DNA of 64,000 bases from an uncultured delta proteobacterium (GTDB lineage Bacteria > Myxococcota_A > Polyangia > Fen-1088), in NCBI GenBank assembly GCA_963737265.1, contig CAVTRY010000023.1:1-64000 (forward strand), read 5' to 3'. Under the pieces are notes generated by a model that was given only the letters and a program-made list of their open reading frames with translations, made no database searches and was not told where the DNA came from. Of this stretch, positions 36,857 through 47,531 are shown piece after piece; position 1 is the first letter of the stretch, and each line of letters begins with the position of its first letter. The position numbers were made by a program, and so were the translations under genes.

Positions 36857-39367
36857 TTGCCGAAGTACATCATCATTGGCGGCGTCGCAGGTGGAGCCAC
36901 GGTGGCGGCGCGTTTGCGGCGCCTGGACGAGAAGGCCGAGATCATTCTGCTAGAGCGTGGTGAACACATCAGCTACGCCAACTGCGGCTTGCCTTACTAC
37001 GCGGGCGGGATCATCAAGGAGCGTTCCAAGCTCTTCGTGATGACCCCGGCGCGCTTCAAGGCCACCCTGGCGGTAGACGTGCGCACGGGGCACGAAGCAG
37101 TGTCGATCCAATCCACGGCCAAGACCGTGAAAATCGTCGAGCGCGCGACTAAACGAACCTATGTCGAATCCTATGACGCTCTGGTGCTTTCACCGGGAGC
37201 GGAGCCGATCCGGCCGCCTATTCCCGGCATCGACGACGAACGAATCTTTACCTTGCGCACGGTGCCCGACATCGACGCCATCAAAGATCACATGGAGGCC
37301 CGCCGCCCCGAGCGCGCGCTGGTTGTGGGAGCGGGCTTCATCGGTTTGGAAATGGCCGAAAATCTCCGCGAGCGCGGCATTTTCGTGACCATTGTCGAGG
37401 CGCTCGATCAAGTGATGAACGTCATCGACTTCGATATGGCCGCCATCGTGCACCAGCACCTCAAAGCCAAGGGTGTCGAGCTCTACTTGAGCGACGCTGT
37501 CTCGGCTTTTGAGAAGGCCGGCGGACGCATCGTTGCCAAGCTGAGATCCGGCAAGAGCCTACCCGCGGACATGGTGATTCTGTCCATCGGCGTGAAACCG
37601 GAAACCAGCCTGGCCCGCGCGGCCGGCCTTGCCCTCGACGACCGCGGCTACCTCGTCACCGACGCACACATGCGTACCAGCGACCCGGCGATCTACGCCG
37701 TGGGGGACGCGGTGGTGGTTAGGAACCCCATCACGGGTAAAGCCTCGACGGTTCCGCTGGCGGGCCCCGCCAACAAGCAGGCGCGTATCGCCGCCGACAA
37801 CATCGCAGGTGGTGGCGCCAGGGAATATCGCGGCGCCATCGGAACGGCCATCGCGAAAGTCTTCGATTTGACCGTGGCTTGCACCGGGCTGGCGGAAAAA
37901 TCCTGCGAAAGAGAAGACCTTCCCCATCGCTCGGTGGTGGTGCACCCATCGAGCCATGCGGGCTACTACCCAGGGGCAAAGCCATTTTCGCTGAAGGTCG
38001 TTTTCGATCCGAACGGCGGCAGGATTCTGGGCGCGCAGGCGGTGGGCTACGAGGGCGTCGACAAACGAATCGACGTATTGGCCGCGTTCATCGCCATGCG
38101 GGCGAACGTCAGCGTGCTGAAGGAATTCGAGCACGCCTACGCGCCACCGTTCGCCAGCGCTAAGGATCCGGTGAACTACGCAGGCTTCGTGGCGGAAAAT
38201 TTGATGGAGGGTCGCAGCGTACAGGTCACCTGGAAAGACGTGGAGCCACTGCGGCAGAAGGGCGCTTTGATTCTGGACGTGCGAACCCCAGAGGAATTCG
38301 CCCTCGGCCACATCGAAGGCGCCATCAACATCCCCAACACCGAACTCAGGACGCGCATGGCCGAGCTGCCACGCGACCGGTTTCTCCTCATCTATTGTGG
38401 CGTGGGCATTCGCGGCTACCTGGCGGAACGCATTCTCAAGCAGAACGGCATCACTCAGGTCGCCAATCTCGCGGGCGGCTGGAAAACCTATCAGGCCGTT
38501 AGTGCGGTGCAGACCAACGAAGACGTCTACCGTTCCAGCGTAAGCGTGACAGTGGGCAATCGGGTGGAACCCGTTGCTTACGCCGAAGGCTCGGGCGCGC
38601 CCGAAAACATGGCCTTGGGCGAGACGATTCTGATCGATGCCTGCGGCCTGCAATGTCCGGGCCCGATTATTCGGCTCAAGTTGGAAGCCGACAAAGCCCC
38701 CGTGGGTGCCCGCCTTGTGTTTCGAGCCAGCGACCCGGGTTTCGCGCGCGACGCGGGGGCTTGGTGCCATTTGACTGGAAACACGCTCGAAGGCATTGAG
38801 TACCAGAAAGGAACCATCGTGGCGACCATTGTGAAGAAGGAACAGTCAGAACGATCGGCGGAAGAATTGTCGCGGCCGAATGGCCATGCAGTGTCGGGAA
38901 ACGAAGCAACCCTGATTGTCTTCTCTGACGACCTGGACAAAGCCTTGGCTAGTTTCGTGATCGCCAACGGCGCCGCCGCCACGGGCAAGAAGGTCACCAT
39001 GTTTTTCACTTTCTGGGGGCTTTCCGTTATCAAGCGGAGCGAGAAGGTCAATGCTCCCAAGGATTTCATGGGCAAGATGTTCGGTTGGATGTTGCCCGGA
39101 AACTCGAAGAAGCTATCTCTGTCCAAGATGAATTGCGGCGGCATGGGCCCAGGCATGATGCGCGGGCGCATGAAAGCCAAACGCATCGACCAGCTGGAAA
39201 CCATGATGGAGACCGCCCTACGCGCTGGGGTCAAGATGACCGCCTGTCAGATGTCGATGGACATCATGGGCGTGGCCAAGGAAGAACTCATCCACGGCGT
39301 GGAGCTCGGCGGTGTCGCGACCTACCTTGAAGCGGCGAGTTCGGCGGGCCTGAATCTGTTCATCTAG
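36857..39367 (+). CDS. CoA-disulfide reductase - rhodanese - TusA/SirA - DsrE/F fusion
   Basis: GGVAGG, SYANCGLPYY, GAGFIG, YAPPF; DVRT/YCGVGIRG; DACGLQCPGP; FFTFWG and ACQMSM; GGAGG RBS before TTG 36857. Confidence 0.92.
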   Translation: MPKYIIIGGVAGGATVAARLRRLDEKAEIILLERGEHISYANCGLPYYAGGIIKERSKLFVMTPARFKATLAVDVRTGHEAVSIQSTAKTVKIVERATKRTYVESYDALVLSPGAEPIRPPIPGIDDERIFTLRTVPDIDAIKDHMEARRPERALVVGAGFIGLEMAENLRERGIFVTIVEALDQVMNVIDFDMAAIVHQHLKAKGVELYLSDAVSAFEKAGGRIVAKLRSGKSLPADMVILSIGVKPETSLARAAGLALDDRGYLVTDAHMRTSDPAIYAVGDAVVVRNPITGKASTVPLAGPANKQARIAADNIAGGGAREYRGAIGTAIAKVFDLTVACTGLAEKSCEREDLPHRSVVVHPSSHAGYYPGAKPFSLKVVFDPNGGRILGAQAVGYEGVDKRIDVLAAFIAMRANVSVLKEFEHAYAPPFASAKDPVNYAGFVAENLMEGRSVQVTWKDVEPLRQKGALILDVRTPEEFALGHIEGAINIPNTELRTRMAELPRDRFLLIYCGVGIRGYLAERILKQNGITQVANLAGGWKTYQAVSAVQTNEDVYRSSVSVTVGNRVEPVAYAEGSGAPENMALGETILIDACGLQCPGPIIRLKLEADKAPVGARLVFRASDPGFARDAGAWCHLTGNTLEGIEYQKGTIVATIVKKEQSERSAEELSRPNGHAVSGNEATLIVFSDDLDKALASFVIANGAAATGKKVTMFFTFWGLSVIKRSEKVNAPKDFMGKMFGWMLPGNSKKLSLSKMNCGGMGPGMMRGRMKAKRIDQLETMMETALRAGVKMTACQMSMDIMGVAKEELIHGVELGGVATYLEAASSAGLNLFI

Positions 39368-39395
39368 GCTCGCTCCGATCCGCTAAGCTTCACGC

Positions 39396-39620
39396 ATGGT
39401 CAGCGATTCACCCGACACCGATATCGAGACATCATTGCTCGCCGCAGCCCGTCGCGGCGACCGCACGGCGTTGACGGAACTTCTGGGGCGGCATCAGCAG
39501 CGGGTGTTTGGTTTTGGCATGAAGATGTGCGGCGACGCCGAAGACGCCAAGGATGTGGCGCAGGAAACCCTGCTTACCATGGTGCGTACCATGCGCGATT
39601 TTCGCGGCGAGGCTTCCCCT
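39396..39620 (+). pseudogene. ECF sigma factor N-terminal fragment
   Basis: AARRGD..AL.EL...HQ.RV...DAKDVAQET...FRGEAS, then similarity is lost. Confidence 0.75.
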
Positions 39621-39753
39621 GTTCATTCACCCAACACCACGAGCAAGCTCTTCGACAAGTCTGACCACTCGCTATTGCGATGTCCTCGGCCCAAACGCCG
39701 CCGTTCTCCCACGGCGACGCCTACCAGCTCCCCACCTGCCTGCGCGTGCCCCG

Positions 39754-40587
39754 TCAGTGCTGCGGCTCGGCGCGAGCCGCCGTTGGCGTCGACAAGAGCA
39801 CGGGCGTGCCACCGGCACCCGGTCCAATGACGACCGTCTTGGCATTGCTAGATGACGCCAGGCGATTGAGTTCCTGGATGCGATCATACTCCAGCATCGG
39901 AGTCGTCAGGCTCGCCGCGATGATTTGGTTGTAGTCGGCGATTCCTTGGGCTTCGATCCTGCGCTGTTGCGCGACGGCTTGAGCCACCTCGATCACGTAC
40001 TTCATCTTCAAGACGTCTTGCTCGGCAGCCAGCTTTTGATCGATGGCATGGCGAATGGCGTCCGGAAGCTCAATATTGCGAATGAGGACGGCCTCCAGTG
40101 CAATGTGCTTACCCTCAATCTTCGAACGGAGCCCCTCGCGAATTTCGCGTTCAATAAGGTCGCGCTTGGTCGAATAGATCTCCTCGGGCGTATAGCGACC
40201 GAAAACTCGTCGGGCCTCCGACCGCAGCACCGGCTCAAGAATCGTCTTGTAGTAATCGGGGCCAATCTCCTTTTGCAGTGGGACAACTTCGCTTGGACTT
40301 AAATGATATCTGACCGAGGCGTCGAGCTTGATGCCGAGGCCATTAACCGCGATGACGTCAAGTACCTCATCGTGGCTCATCGACCGCAGATCGTAGACAT
40401 AGAGATCGTTCCACGGTGCGATGTAATAGAGGCCCTCGCCGTAGGTATTGCTTTGGGTACCATTCCCTGCCCGCCACAGGACCGCCACACGACCGGGACC
40501 CACGGTCGTCGCGCAGCCAGCCGACGTACCCACTATCCCAAATGCGCAGATAGACTTCGCCAGTAAGGACAGCCGTTGTGAAATCAT
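39754..40587 (-). CDS. SPFH/prohibitin family protein
   Basis: Lipoprotein-like N-terminus; YGEGL...PW, EEIYSTKR, AIDQKLAAEQ, IEAQG. Confidence 0.9.
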   Translation of the reverse strand: MISQRLSLLAKSICAFGIVGTSAGCATTVGPGRVAVLWRAGNGTQSNTYGEGLYYIAPWNDLYVYDLRSMSHDEVLDVIAVNGLGIKLDASVRYHLSPSEVVPLQKEIGPDYYKTILEPVLRSEARRVFGRYTPEEIYSTKRDLIEREIREGLRSKIEGKHIALEAVLIRNIELPDAIRHAIDQKLAAEQDVLKMKYVIEVAQAVAQQRRIEAQGIADYNQIIAASLTTPMLEYDRIQELNRLASSSNAKTVVIGPGAGGTPVLLSTPTAARAEPQH

Positions 40588-41360
40588 TGCTCGACCTCCA
40601 ATATGTAGGGTTGCGTTTCCGGACGTACCTCGACCTGCGTCGAAGCTGCCGTCATTAGCCTTGTCCACGCCCGATTTGCAGCATCGGTCAGGATCTCTGG
40701 TGAAATCGTGGGCGCGACAAGCGCATGAGACTCGGCTATCCCACGGGCCTCGGCGCGAAGCTCATCGGAGTGTTGTCTAGCCAGCTCGGGTAGCAGCCGG
40801 GCTGCGATCGCTCCTTGCTCTTGGACCCCTGTGTCGACGATAGCCTGATAGCTTTGCGAGGAACGGGTGATGCCGAGCGTGCGCAGACTGATGGAGTCGA
40901 ACACGACGTGGTAGGGCCGCAAACTTCGGGCGGTTTCAGCCGTGACTTCCTTCTCGGCCCGCGTGATTCCGGGAGTGTCCAGTGTGTCCGCGCAATACCC
41001 GGCGAGCACTCGCCGCAGTGTGGAGCGAACCACTGGTCTGACGAGCACTCGGTAGTAGTCCGGCCCAAGCTCGCGCGCCAAGGCCACCACTTCCCCTTCC
41101 GCCGGATGGAAGGTCATGACGGAGGCGCGCGCGTCGAGCACCATCCCATCCGCGGAGAGCGCATCCAGGTCTTCGCTCCGCTCCTGCGCCCGCAGGTCGT
41201 AGATTTCGACAGTATCCAGCGGCCCGATGAAGTTTACGCCCTCCCGCAACAGCTTGCGGTCGACACCACTCACTTTCAACAGAACCCCCGATTGGCCAGA
41301 AGGCACCGTTGCACACGCGAGTTGTGTGGTGAAGGCAATGGCAAGAAGCGTAAACCGCAT
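40584..41360 (-). CDS. SPFH/prohibitin family paralogue
   Basis: LACATVPSG, YDLR, GPDYY..LV.PV.RS, RAEARG; collinear with the downstream paralogue. Confidence 0.8.
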   Translation of the reverse strand: MRFTLLAIAFTTQLACATVPSGQSGVLLKVSGVDRKLLREGVNFIGPLDTVEIYDLRAQERSEDLDALSADGMVLDARASVMTFHPAEGEVVALARELGPDYYRVLVRPVVRSTLRRVLAGYCADTLDTPGITRAEKEVTAETARSLRPYHVVFDSISLRTLGITRSSQSYQAIVDTGVQEQGAIAARLLPELARQHSDELRAEARGIAESHALVAPTISPEILTDAANRAWTRLMTAASTQVEVRPETQPYILEVEQ

Positions 41361-41499
41361 GGAAGTCACCGAGGTCGAAAGTCCATCGCGGCATAAGAAA
41401 GCATTCATCATGCCAAGGCGTAATGACCGCGCAGGCGCCACCAAGAGCGCGATTGGAGTTTGGTGCTGCGGCCCACCTTGCCAACGCCCACCTCGCCAT

Positions 41500-41802
41500 T
41501 GCTTCGATCTCGTGATTTCCGAGGCGCGAATTATGGGTGCGGCGGAGCTGCAGTCGTTCAGCAAGCTTGGGGGCGGGGCAAGAGTTCCGCCGTTCGTTTT
41601 CATCGCCGCATTTGGTGAGGGGGAGCTGCATGTGAAAGCGCGACCATTCGACGCGGTTGCGGTTTTGGACAAGCCGCTCGACATGGCCAGCCTCCGCGAT
41701 CTGGTGAACAGCTTCTTGCACCATCCAACAGGGAAGGGTGGCAACATGCCTGCAGAGACCGAAGGTGAAATGGAAATAGTTCCCGAATCGATCGGGAAAT
41801 AG
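41500..41802 (+). pseudogene. Response-regulator receiver domain remnant
   Basis: FDLVISE.R...PFVFI.AFG........A.AVLDKPLD...L. Confidence 0.5.
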
Positions 41803-41874
41803 TCCCGACGCCCGTTGCAGCATCACGTCGCATTCCCTTTTTCCAAATCGATTCGCAAGCGGCACGTTTCTTGC
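41771..41874 (+). promoter_or_regulatory. sigma54 promoter with paired upstream palindromes
   Basis: CGGCACG-TTTC-TTGC at 41860-41874; TGGAAATAGTTCCCGA and TCGGGAAATAGTCCCGA at 41771-41808. Confidence 0.7.
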
Positions 41875-41910
41875 GCGAATGAGGAGGAGAACCACTGTTA
41901 GGAGGCGTCC

Positions 41911-42585
41911 ATGTCAAACATTGGTCGTTCGGTCATTATTCTTATGATCTTTCCTTCCAGCGCGGTTTACAGCTCGCCGAGCGGTGCCCAACCAGGAAAA
42001 GCCCAATCGCAGACGCCTGCCCCCACCAGCCGTACGCGCATGGATGGTACGTTCGGACACTGTCTCATGTCACCCACTGGGACGATTGCGGGAATTGTGC
42101 TGGAGGATGGCACCATAGCGCGATTTCCGCTGTTTGAACCCGTTCTCCAAACCGCCTTCCTTCGGCCTGGGGATACGGTTCATGTCGAAGGCCATGGGTT
42201 GATTGGCCCGAACGGACCCATCTTTATCAATGCATCCGTAGAGGTACCCAACGGCACGGCTACCCGCGCCGAGGTCACGCCGACGCAGTCCGTGACAATA
42301 AGCTCGAAGCCTAGGTCGCGCCGTGGCCAAGAGCATGGACTGAGCGCGAGCAAAGGCCAGACCGAGGACGCTCCCCGGCCGACAGCGGCGCCTGGCAAGA
42401 CGCAAGGGCCTTCGCGAGATAGAAGAACAAACAGCAGCCTCTTCTTTGGAAGCACTAGCGTTTCGACCCGGCGAAAAGCCCGCCCCGAAGGCTTTTGGGC
42501 CAAATTGAGCCACATAACGACGGGCACAGGACATGTCGATAGCGATTCGCGGTGGAGTCGAACTCAGGAAACCGCAGGACCGTAG
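41911..42585 (+). CDS. Hypothetical secreted protein
   Basis: AGGAGG RBS; signal-like N-terminus; G..LEDGT..RFP...GD.V.VEG beta-rich domain. Confidence 0.6.
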   Translation: MSNIGRSVIILMIFPSSAVYSSPSGAQPGKAQSQTPAPTSRTRMDGTFGHCLMSPTGTIAGIVLEDGTIARFPLFEPVLQTAFLRPGDTVHVEGHGLIGPNGPIFINASVEVPNGTATRAEVTPTQSVTISSKPRSRRGQEHGLSASKGQTEDAPRPTAAPGKTQGPSRDRRTNSSLFFGSTSVSTRRKARPEGFWAKLSHITTGTGHVDSDSRWSRTQETAGP

Positions 42586-42759
42586 CCTCCTGCTTCACAA
42601 GCGCGAGCCCGATTTCTTCGGTACGCAGATTGCTTTTCCTGGCGGCTCGGAGGTAATTGCCATGAAGAATCAGAACACCTCAATGGTAACTGCAACTGGT
42701 CGAGATCCCTGCGCAACGGTCAAAGCACCAGCCGACACCGTTCGACTCCGGATGCTTGC

Positions 42760-44118
42760 TTAGTCTTCCGACTCACTCAACCATTTCCATAAGGTCTTTG
42801 CGTCGATTCCAAGTTTCTCGGCAACCTTGCCCTTGTGTCCCCCGAGTTGAGTCATGGCCCAGGCCGCGTAGCGGCGCTGAAGGTCTCGGATTGGCAAGAT
42901 GTCCCCAGTAAACTCGCCTCGCTCCACGCGCCCTGGCAGTCGGACATTTTCAGGAATATCGCCGAAGGTCACTACAGTCGATCGGCCCAGAAGAACGACC
43001 TTTTCCAGGACGTGCGCCAGTTCGCGTACATTCCCCGGCCATCCGTAGGTGACAAGGCATTCTAGTGCCTCGCGGGACAGCCGCTCGGGGATAGACCCGG
43101 GAAATTTCTCCTTGGCTTGTTTGAAGAAATGCGCCACGAGCTCGGGGAGGTCATCGCGGCGGTCTCGCAACGCGGGCATCGCGATGGAGAGAACATCCAG
43201 GCGGTAGAGCAGGTCTTCGCGGAACTTTCCGTTGCTAGCAGCCGCATGCAGATTGCGGTGAGTTGCGGCAATGATGCGGACGTCGATTTCCTTTTCCTTG
43301 GTCGACCCGACAGGACGGATGGAGCCGTGCTCGATCACATGAAGCAGCTTCGCCTGCAGCCCCGGCGCCATTTCTCCGATCTCGTCCAAGAATAGCGTTC
43401 CCCCGTCGGCTTCGCGGAAAAGTCCCGAACGATCGCTCGCGGCGCCGGTGAAGGCTCCTTTCACGTAGCCGAACAGTTCGCTCTCGAGCAGGGGTTCCGG
43501 CAAGGCGGCGCAGTTCACAACAACAAATGGCCGACTTGAACGCTGGCTGTCGGCGTGAATCGCTTGGGCGACTAGACTCTTTCCCGTTCCGGTTTCGCCC
43601 AGAATCAAGACCGGGACCGGTACGCTCGCAACACGCGTGACGATCTCGCGCACATTTCTCATGGAGGCACTGTTGCCGACGATACGTACAATCGAAAATC
43701 GGTCGCGTAGCGTCCTTTTCAGGGTCGCGGCTTCGCGCCGGAGCTGAGACTCATCCAAGGCGCGCCGAAGGAACAACACAAGCTCTTCAACCTTGAAGGG
43801 TTTCGTGAGGTAGTGATAGGCGCCTTGCCGGATGGACTCGACGGCGGTATCGATCGCGCTAAAGGCGGTCATGACGATGACTGGGCGTTCGGCGGAGAGA
43901 CCGCGCGAGATGGCAAGCAAGGCAAGCCCGTCGACTTTCGGCATGCGGAGATCGGTCACAATGGCGTCGACGTGGTCGGACTTCAGTTTTTCCGCGGCGG
44001 CTTCGCCAGAGGCGACGGCCTCGGCCTCGTAACCGCGATCGCAAAGACTCTCGGCCAGCGTTCTCGCCATCTCCAAGTTGTCGTCCACCACGAGGACGCG
44101 AGGTATGCTAGTGGGCAA
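42760..44118 (-). CDS. NtrC-family sigma54-dependent response regulator
   Basis: VVDD, TDLRMP, KPF; GETGTGK, GAFTGA, LFLDE, WPGNVREL; HTH. Confidence 0.95.
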   Translation of the reverse strand: MPTSIPRVLVVDDNLEMARTLAESLCDRGYEAEAVASGEAAAEKLKSDHVDAIVTDLRMPKVDGLALLAISRGLSAERPVIVMTAFSAIDTAVESIRQGAYHYLTKPFKVEELVLFLRRALDESQLRREAATLKRTLRDRFSIVRIVGNSASMRNVREIVTRVASVPVPVLILGETGTGKSLVAQAIHADSQRSSRPFVVVNCAALPEPLLESELFGYVKGAFTGAASDRSGLFREADGGTLFLDEIGEMAPGLQAKLLHVIEHGSIRPVGSTKEKEIDVRIIAATHRNLHAAASNGKFREDLLYRLDVLSIAMPALRDRRDDLPELVAHFFKQAKEKFPGSIPERLSREALECLVTYGWPGNVRELAHVLEKVVLLGRSTVVTFGDIPENVRLPGRVERGEFTGDILPIRDLQRRYAAWAMTQLGGHKGKVAEKLGIDAKTLWKWLSESED

Positions 44119-45641
44119 GATCGGCCTCCTGGGAATCGGCGGTAGATGGAAGGCGGATCACCGCACGCGTCCCGTGTGGCTTCACGGATTCCAGCGACAA
44201 CGAACCGCGATGGCTTGTCACAATTTCCTGAACGATAGCCAGTCCGAGCCCAGTTCCTTTTCCGCTCGGCTTCGTGGAAAAGAACGGTTCAAGAACGCGC
44301 CCTGCATTGGCTTGCGATATTCCAGGACCATCGTCGACAACCGCAATGGCCAGCTTCTGCCCCGCATCGTCGGCCCCGGCGGTCACATCCACGGCACCGC
44401 CCCTGGTACAAGCATCGCAAGCGTTAAGAAGCAAGTTGACTAGTGCGTGCTCAAGTAGGCGTGGATCGCCATGAATGAACGGCAAAGTAGGCGAGACTTC
44501 CGTTCTCAACTGAACCCCGGCCTTTTCGAAGCGATGCTCGACCAGGGACACGGCATCGCGCACCAAGGTGCTTGACTCGACAAGCTCCGCGGTCGGGGCA
44601 TCGCCGCGCGCCAGGCCGAGTAGCCCGCGGATAACTCGATGGATCCAGTCGATCTGTTCAAGGATGACGCGAACGCTGCTCGACGATCGCTCATCCGTCG
44701 CGACTCTGGACATGAGCTGCTCGGCTCGCCCGGCGATAATTCCAAGGGGTGTGGAAATCTCGTGTGCGACTCCGACTGCGAGGGTTCCCATGGTTGCCGC
44801 TCGAACCTGCGCGTTCGAGGCGTTCGTCGCGCTGTCGAATGACGTCGGTGAGCGCCAACTTGTGCTGCAGCAGCAGCTCCTTGCGCTGATTGCGCATGGC
44901 CAGACCGCCGAACATGAGCACGAGGCCACTTGCCGTCGCGACGCTGAGGATCAAGCGCCAGCGCGCCCAGCGCTCGCGGTCGCGTTCCCGCTCGGCGCTG
45001 GCAACTGCCACGATGCCCCACTGGCCTGAAACCCCGGCGTCGATTCGAGCCAATCCCGCCAGCGCGGTCCGCGGCGCCAATCCGATGCGGCCCGATTCTT
45101 GTGGAGGCAAACGCACGTAGGCCCTGCCGTCGTCGAGGCCGGCCAAAACGGCATCCGAGGTTAGAAAGCGGCCGTCTGTCGTGTAGAACCCCTGTGTGCC
45201 GGGAGGCCGCAAGAGCAACATCAGGCTATTCGGCCGTTCGATAGCCTTGAGATCGGTAAAGAGGCTGGCCATGGAAATGGTCAGGTCGACAGTGCCGCCA
45301 TTCGGAATCGGAAACGATAATTGCACTGCACGGTCGCTCAACACAGGGGTCGGGAGCGCTGCGGCCCCAGAAGGGCGGAAAACGGCGGACAAATACCGAT
45401 CGACGACGGAAGTGCTGGTTGGCGGTCCCGCAAGATGGCTTTGCGCAATCGCAAGCGCGTCATGCTGGGCGGCCTCCAACCGGGTGCTTAGATCGGCCGC
45501 TAGACTTCGCGCCAGGGTGCTCTGCTCTTGGGCGAAATCGGACAGTGCCACAGCCGATTCTCGCTCCTCGTCCCAGTACGCCAGCGCCGCAACGGGCACG
45601 ATGGCAAGCAACATGAACCAGGTTATTGGGGCGGCTCTCAT
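44108..45641 (-). CDS. Membrane sensor histidine kinase (frameshift near 44806)
   Basis: Two TM helices and periplasmic domain in ORF 44691-45911; AHEISTPL, NLLLNA, DDGPG, GTGLGL in ORF 44108-44929. Confidence 0.85.
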
Positions 45642-45837
45642 GCGTCGAAGGACAGTTCCACAATCCCACCCTCCGCCCACAACCGAGGTGACCCGAGTTG
45701 TCACTGGCGACAGGCGAAGCGTCTGCGTGGTTTGTAGCATACCGTCCCGTGAGTGCGAAGCAAGATTTGGGCCCGACGAGCGGACGCCCAAACGCCGTAG
45801 TCCGACGAGATCGAGTAAGGCCCTTGCCCGGTGCTGA

Positions 45838-46007
45838 TCGGGATCAATTCCCGATGCTGCGGAAAATTTTCCCGATTCGCTTCGCGGATGGGGCCGACGT
45901 GCCTCGCGCAAACATCGCGGCTAATCGACCGTGTCGTGGTTCAATCCCCAAATGCCTGCCAAAGCGTCGACGAAGCGGCAAGTGCATCGGCTTGGCACAG
46001 GTCGTGC
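45838..46007 (+). promoter_or_regulatory. sigma54 promoter of efflux operon with paired upstream palindromes
   Basis: TGGCACA-GGTC-GTGC at 45993-46007 (GG-N10-GC); TCGGGATCAATTCCCGA and GCGGAAAATTTTCCCGA at 45838-45875. Confidence 0.62.
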
Positions 46008-46020
46008 TTGGGGCTTGGGC

Positions 46021-47481
46021 ATGCAGCTTGACGTGGACGGCTCAAAGAGGCGAGTTCATGTGGCCATTGCCCTGGCTTGGGGAGCCCTGGCACTCTTCTC
46101 ACGCCATGGCGTGGCGGCTGAAGTTGCGCCCGCGCCAACGGGTGATGCAGCCTGGACCATTGGTGCCCATTTGCGGGTGGTCGGCCTGCCCGAGGCACTC
46201 GCCTTCGCGCGCGCGCACCAGCCGGCGGTGCGCGCGGCGCTCGCCCGCATCGCCGAGCAAAAATCCTACGCTGGTGTGCCTCGCGCCGAGTGGCGTCCGT
46301 TTGCCGGTCTCGTCGGTCAAATCTTGGAAGGCACAGCGAACAACACGACCGCATCCTACCTATCCACGGATGCGATCGACATTCCTCGCATCGGGGGAAC
46401 GCATTCAGTGTCGAGTACTGGCGCTGGCTGGAGTCCCTACGCATCCACGCTCGCTGGCATCGGAGCCAGTCAGGAAGTGTTCGACTTCGGGCGCATCGCC
46501 GCGCAGGCCGCCGCTGCGGACGCGCAGATCTCAGTCGCGCAGCGGGCGACGGACGCCATCCGCCTCGACATCGATCTCGGGGTCGAGGAGGCGTACTTTG
46601 CCGTGAACGCCGCGAAGGCGGTACTGCAAGCCGCTGAAGACGCATACGAGCGCGCCCGGGTTCATCGCGACTACGCTCAGGCTGGGGTTCGTTCCGGGCT
46701 TCGTCCCCCCATCGAGCTAACACGCGCCGAGGCTGACCTCACCCGCTTCGACACCGGCCGAATTCGCGCCCGGGGTGGCCTCATGGATGCGCAGACGGTT
46801 CTCGCTGCGGCCGTGGGCGCCCCCGAAACTGCCCTCGACGCCGGCCGCCCCCCAGCAACTCCGCAAGACATCCTGCCCTTGACGGACGCCATTCGCCGAG
46901 CTGAAGAGAGGGAGCCGCACCTGCAGGAAACCATTGCTCGACTCCGCGCGCAAGAACAGCAAACTCTGGCGATCGCTGCCCTCCTTCGGCCGAACATCCA
47001 CCTTTCCGCAACTTTTTCGGGACGAGCCGGCGGTGCGACGCCGTCGAACGCACTCGATCCGATTCCTGGCGGCAGCGGCTACCTGCCAGATGTTCCCAAC
47101 TGGGACGCTGGGCTCATCTTCAGCTGGCCGATCTTCGACCCCATGGTGAAGGCAAGACAACATGCCTCGATCGCAACCGAGCAGGTCCGTCGCGAGGAGA
47201 TCGATCTCGTGCGCCAGCAGCTCGTCGCGAATGTCGCTCAGACCTACGTCGCGGTGAACGTTGCCCGGCAGGCGCTTCCCTCCTTGCAGCGCGAATTCGA
47301 AGCGGCCCGGGCGAACTACGCGCAGGCGGATGCACGCTTTCGCGCGGAGCTCGGCACCAGCGTCGAGCTAGCCGATGCCGAAGCCCTTCGCACCGATGCG
47401 GAGATCCGACTTGCCCTCGGCGTGTTCGAGATCGCTAGGGCGCGGGCCGCGTTCGGCCGGGCGATCGCCGAGGGCATGTGA
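46021..47481 (+). CDS. TolC-family outer membrane efflux protein
   Basis: Two OEP repeats (Q.VFDFGR, WPIFD, EL.RAEA, EL.DAEA); start approximate. Confidence 0.88.
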   Translation: MQLDVDGSKRRVHVAIALAWGALALFSRHGVAAEVAPAPTGDAAWTIGAHLRVVGLPEALAFARAHQPAVRAALARIAEQKSYAGVPRAEWRPFAGLVGQILEGTANNTTASYLSTDAIDIPRIGGTHSVSSTGAGWSPYASTLAGIGASQEVFDFGRIAAQAAAADAQISVAQRATDAIRLDIDLGVEEAYFAVNAAKAVLQAAEDAYERARVHRDYAQAGVRSGLRPPIELTRAEADLTRFDTGRIRARGGLMDAQTVLAAAVGAPETALDAGRPPATPQDILPLTDAIRRAEEREPHLQETIARLRAQEQQTLAIAALLRPNIHLSATFSGRAGGATPSNALDPIPGGSGYLPDVPNWDAGLIFSWPIFDPMVKARQHASIATEQVRREEIDLVRQQLVANVAQTYVAVNVARQALPSLQREFEAARANYAQADARFRAELGTSVELADAEALRTDAEIRLALGVFEIARARAAFGRAIAEGM

Positions 47482-47531
47482 GGCCGACGCGCGCGGCATC
47501 GAACCATGGAACGGCAGCGAAGAAGGAATCC

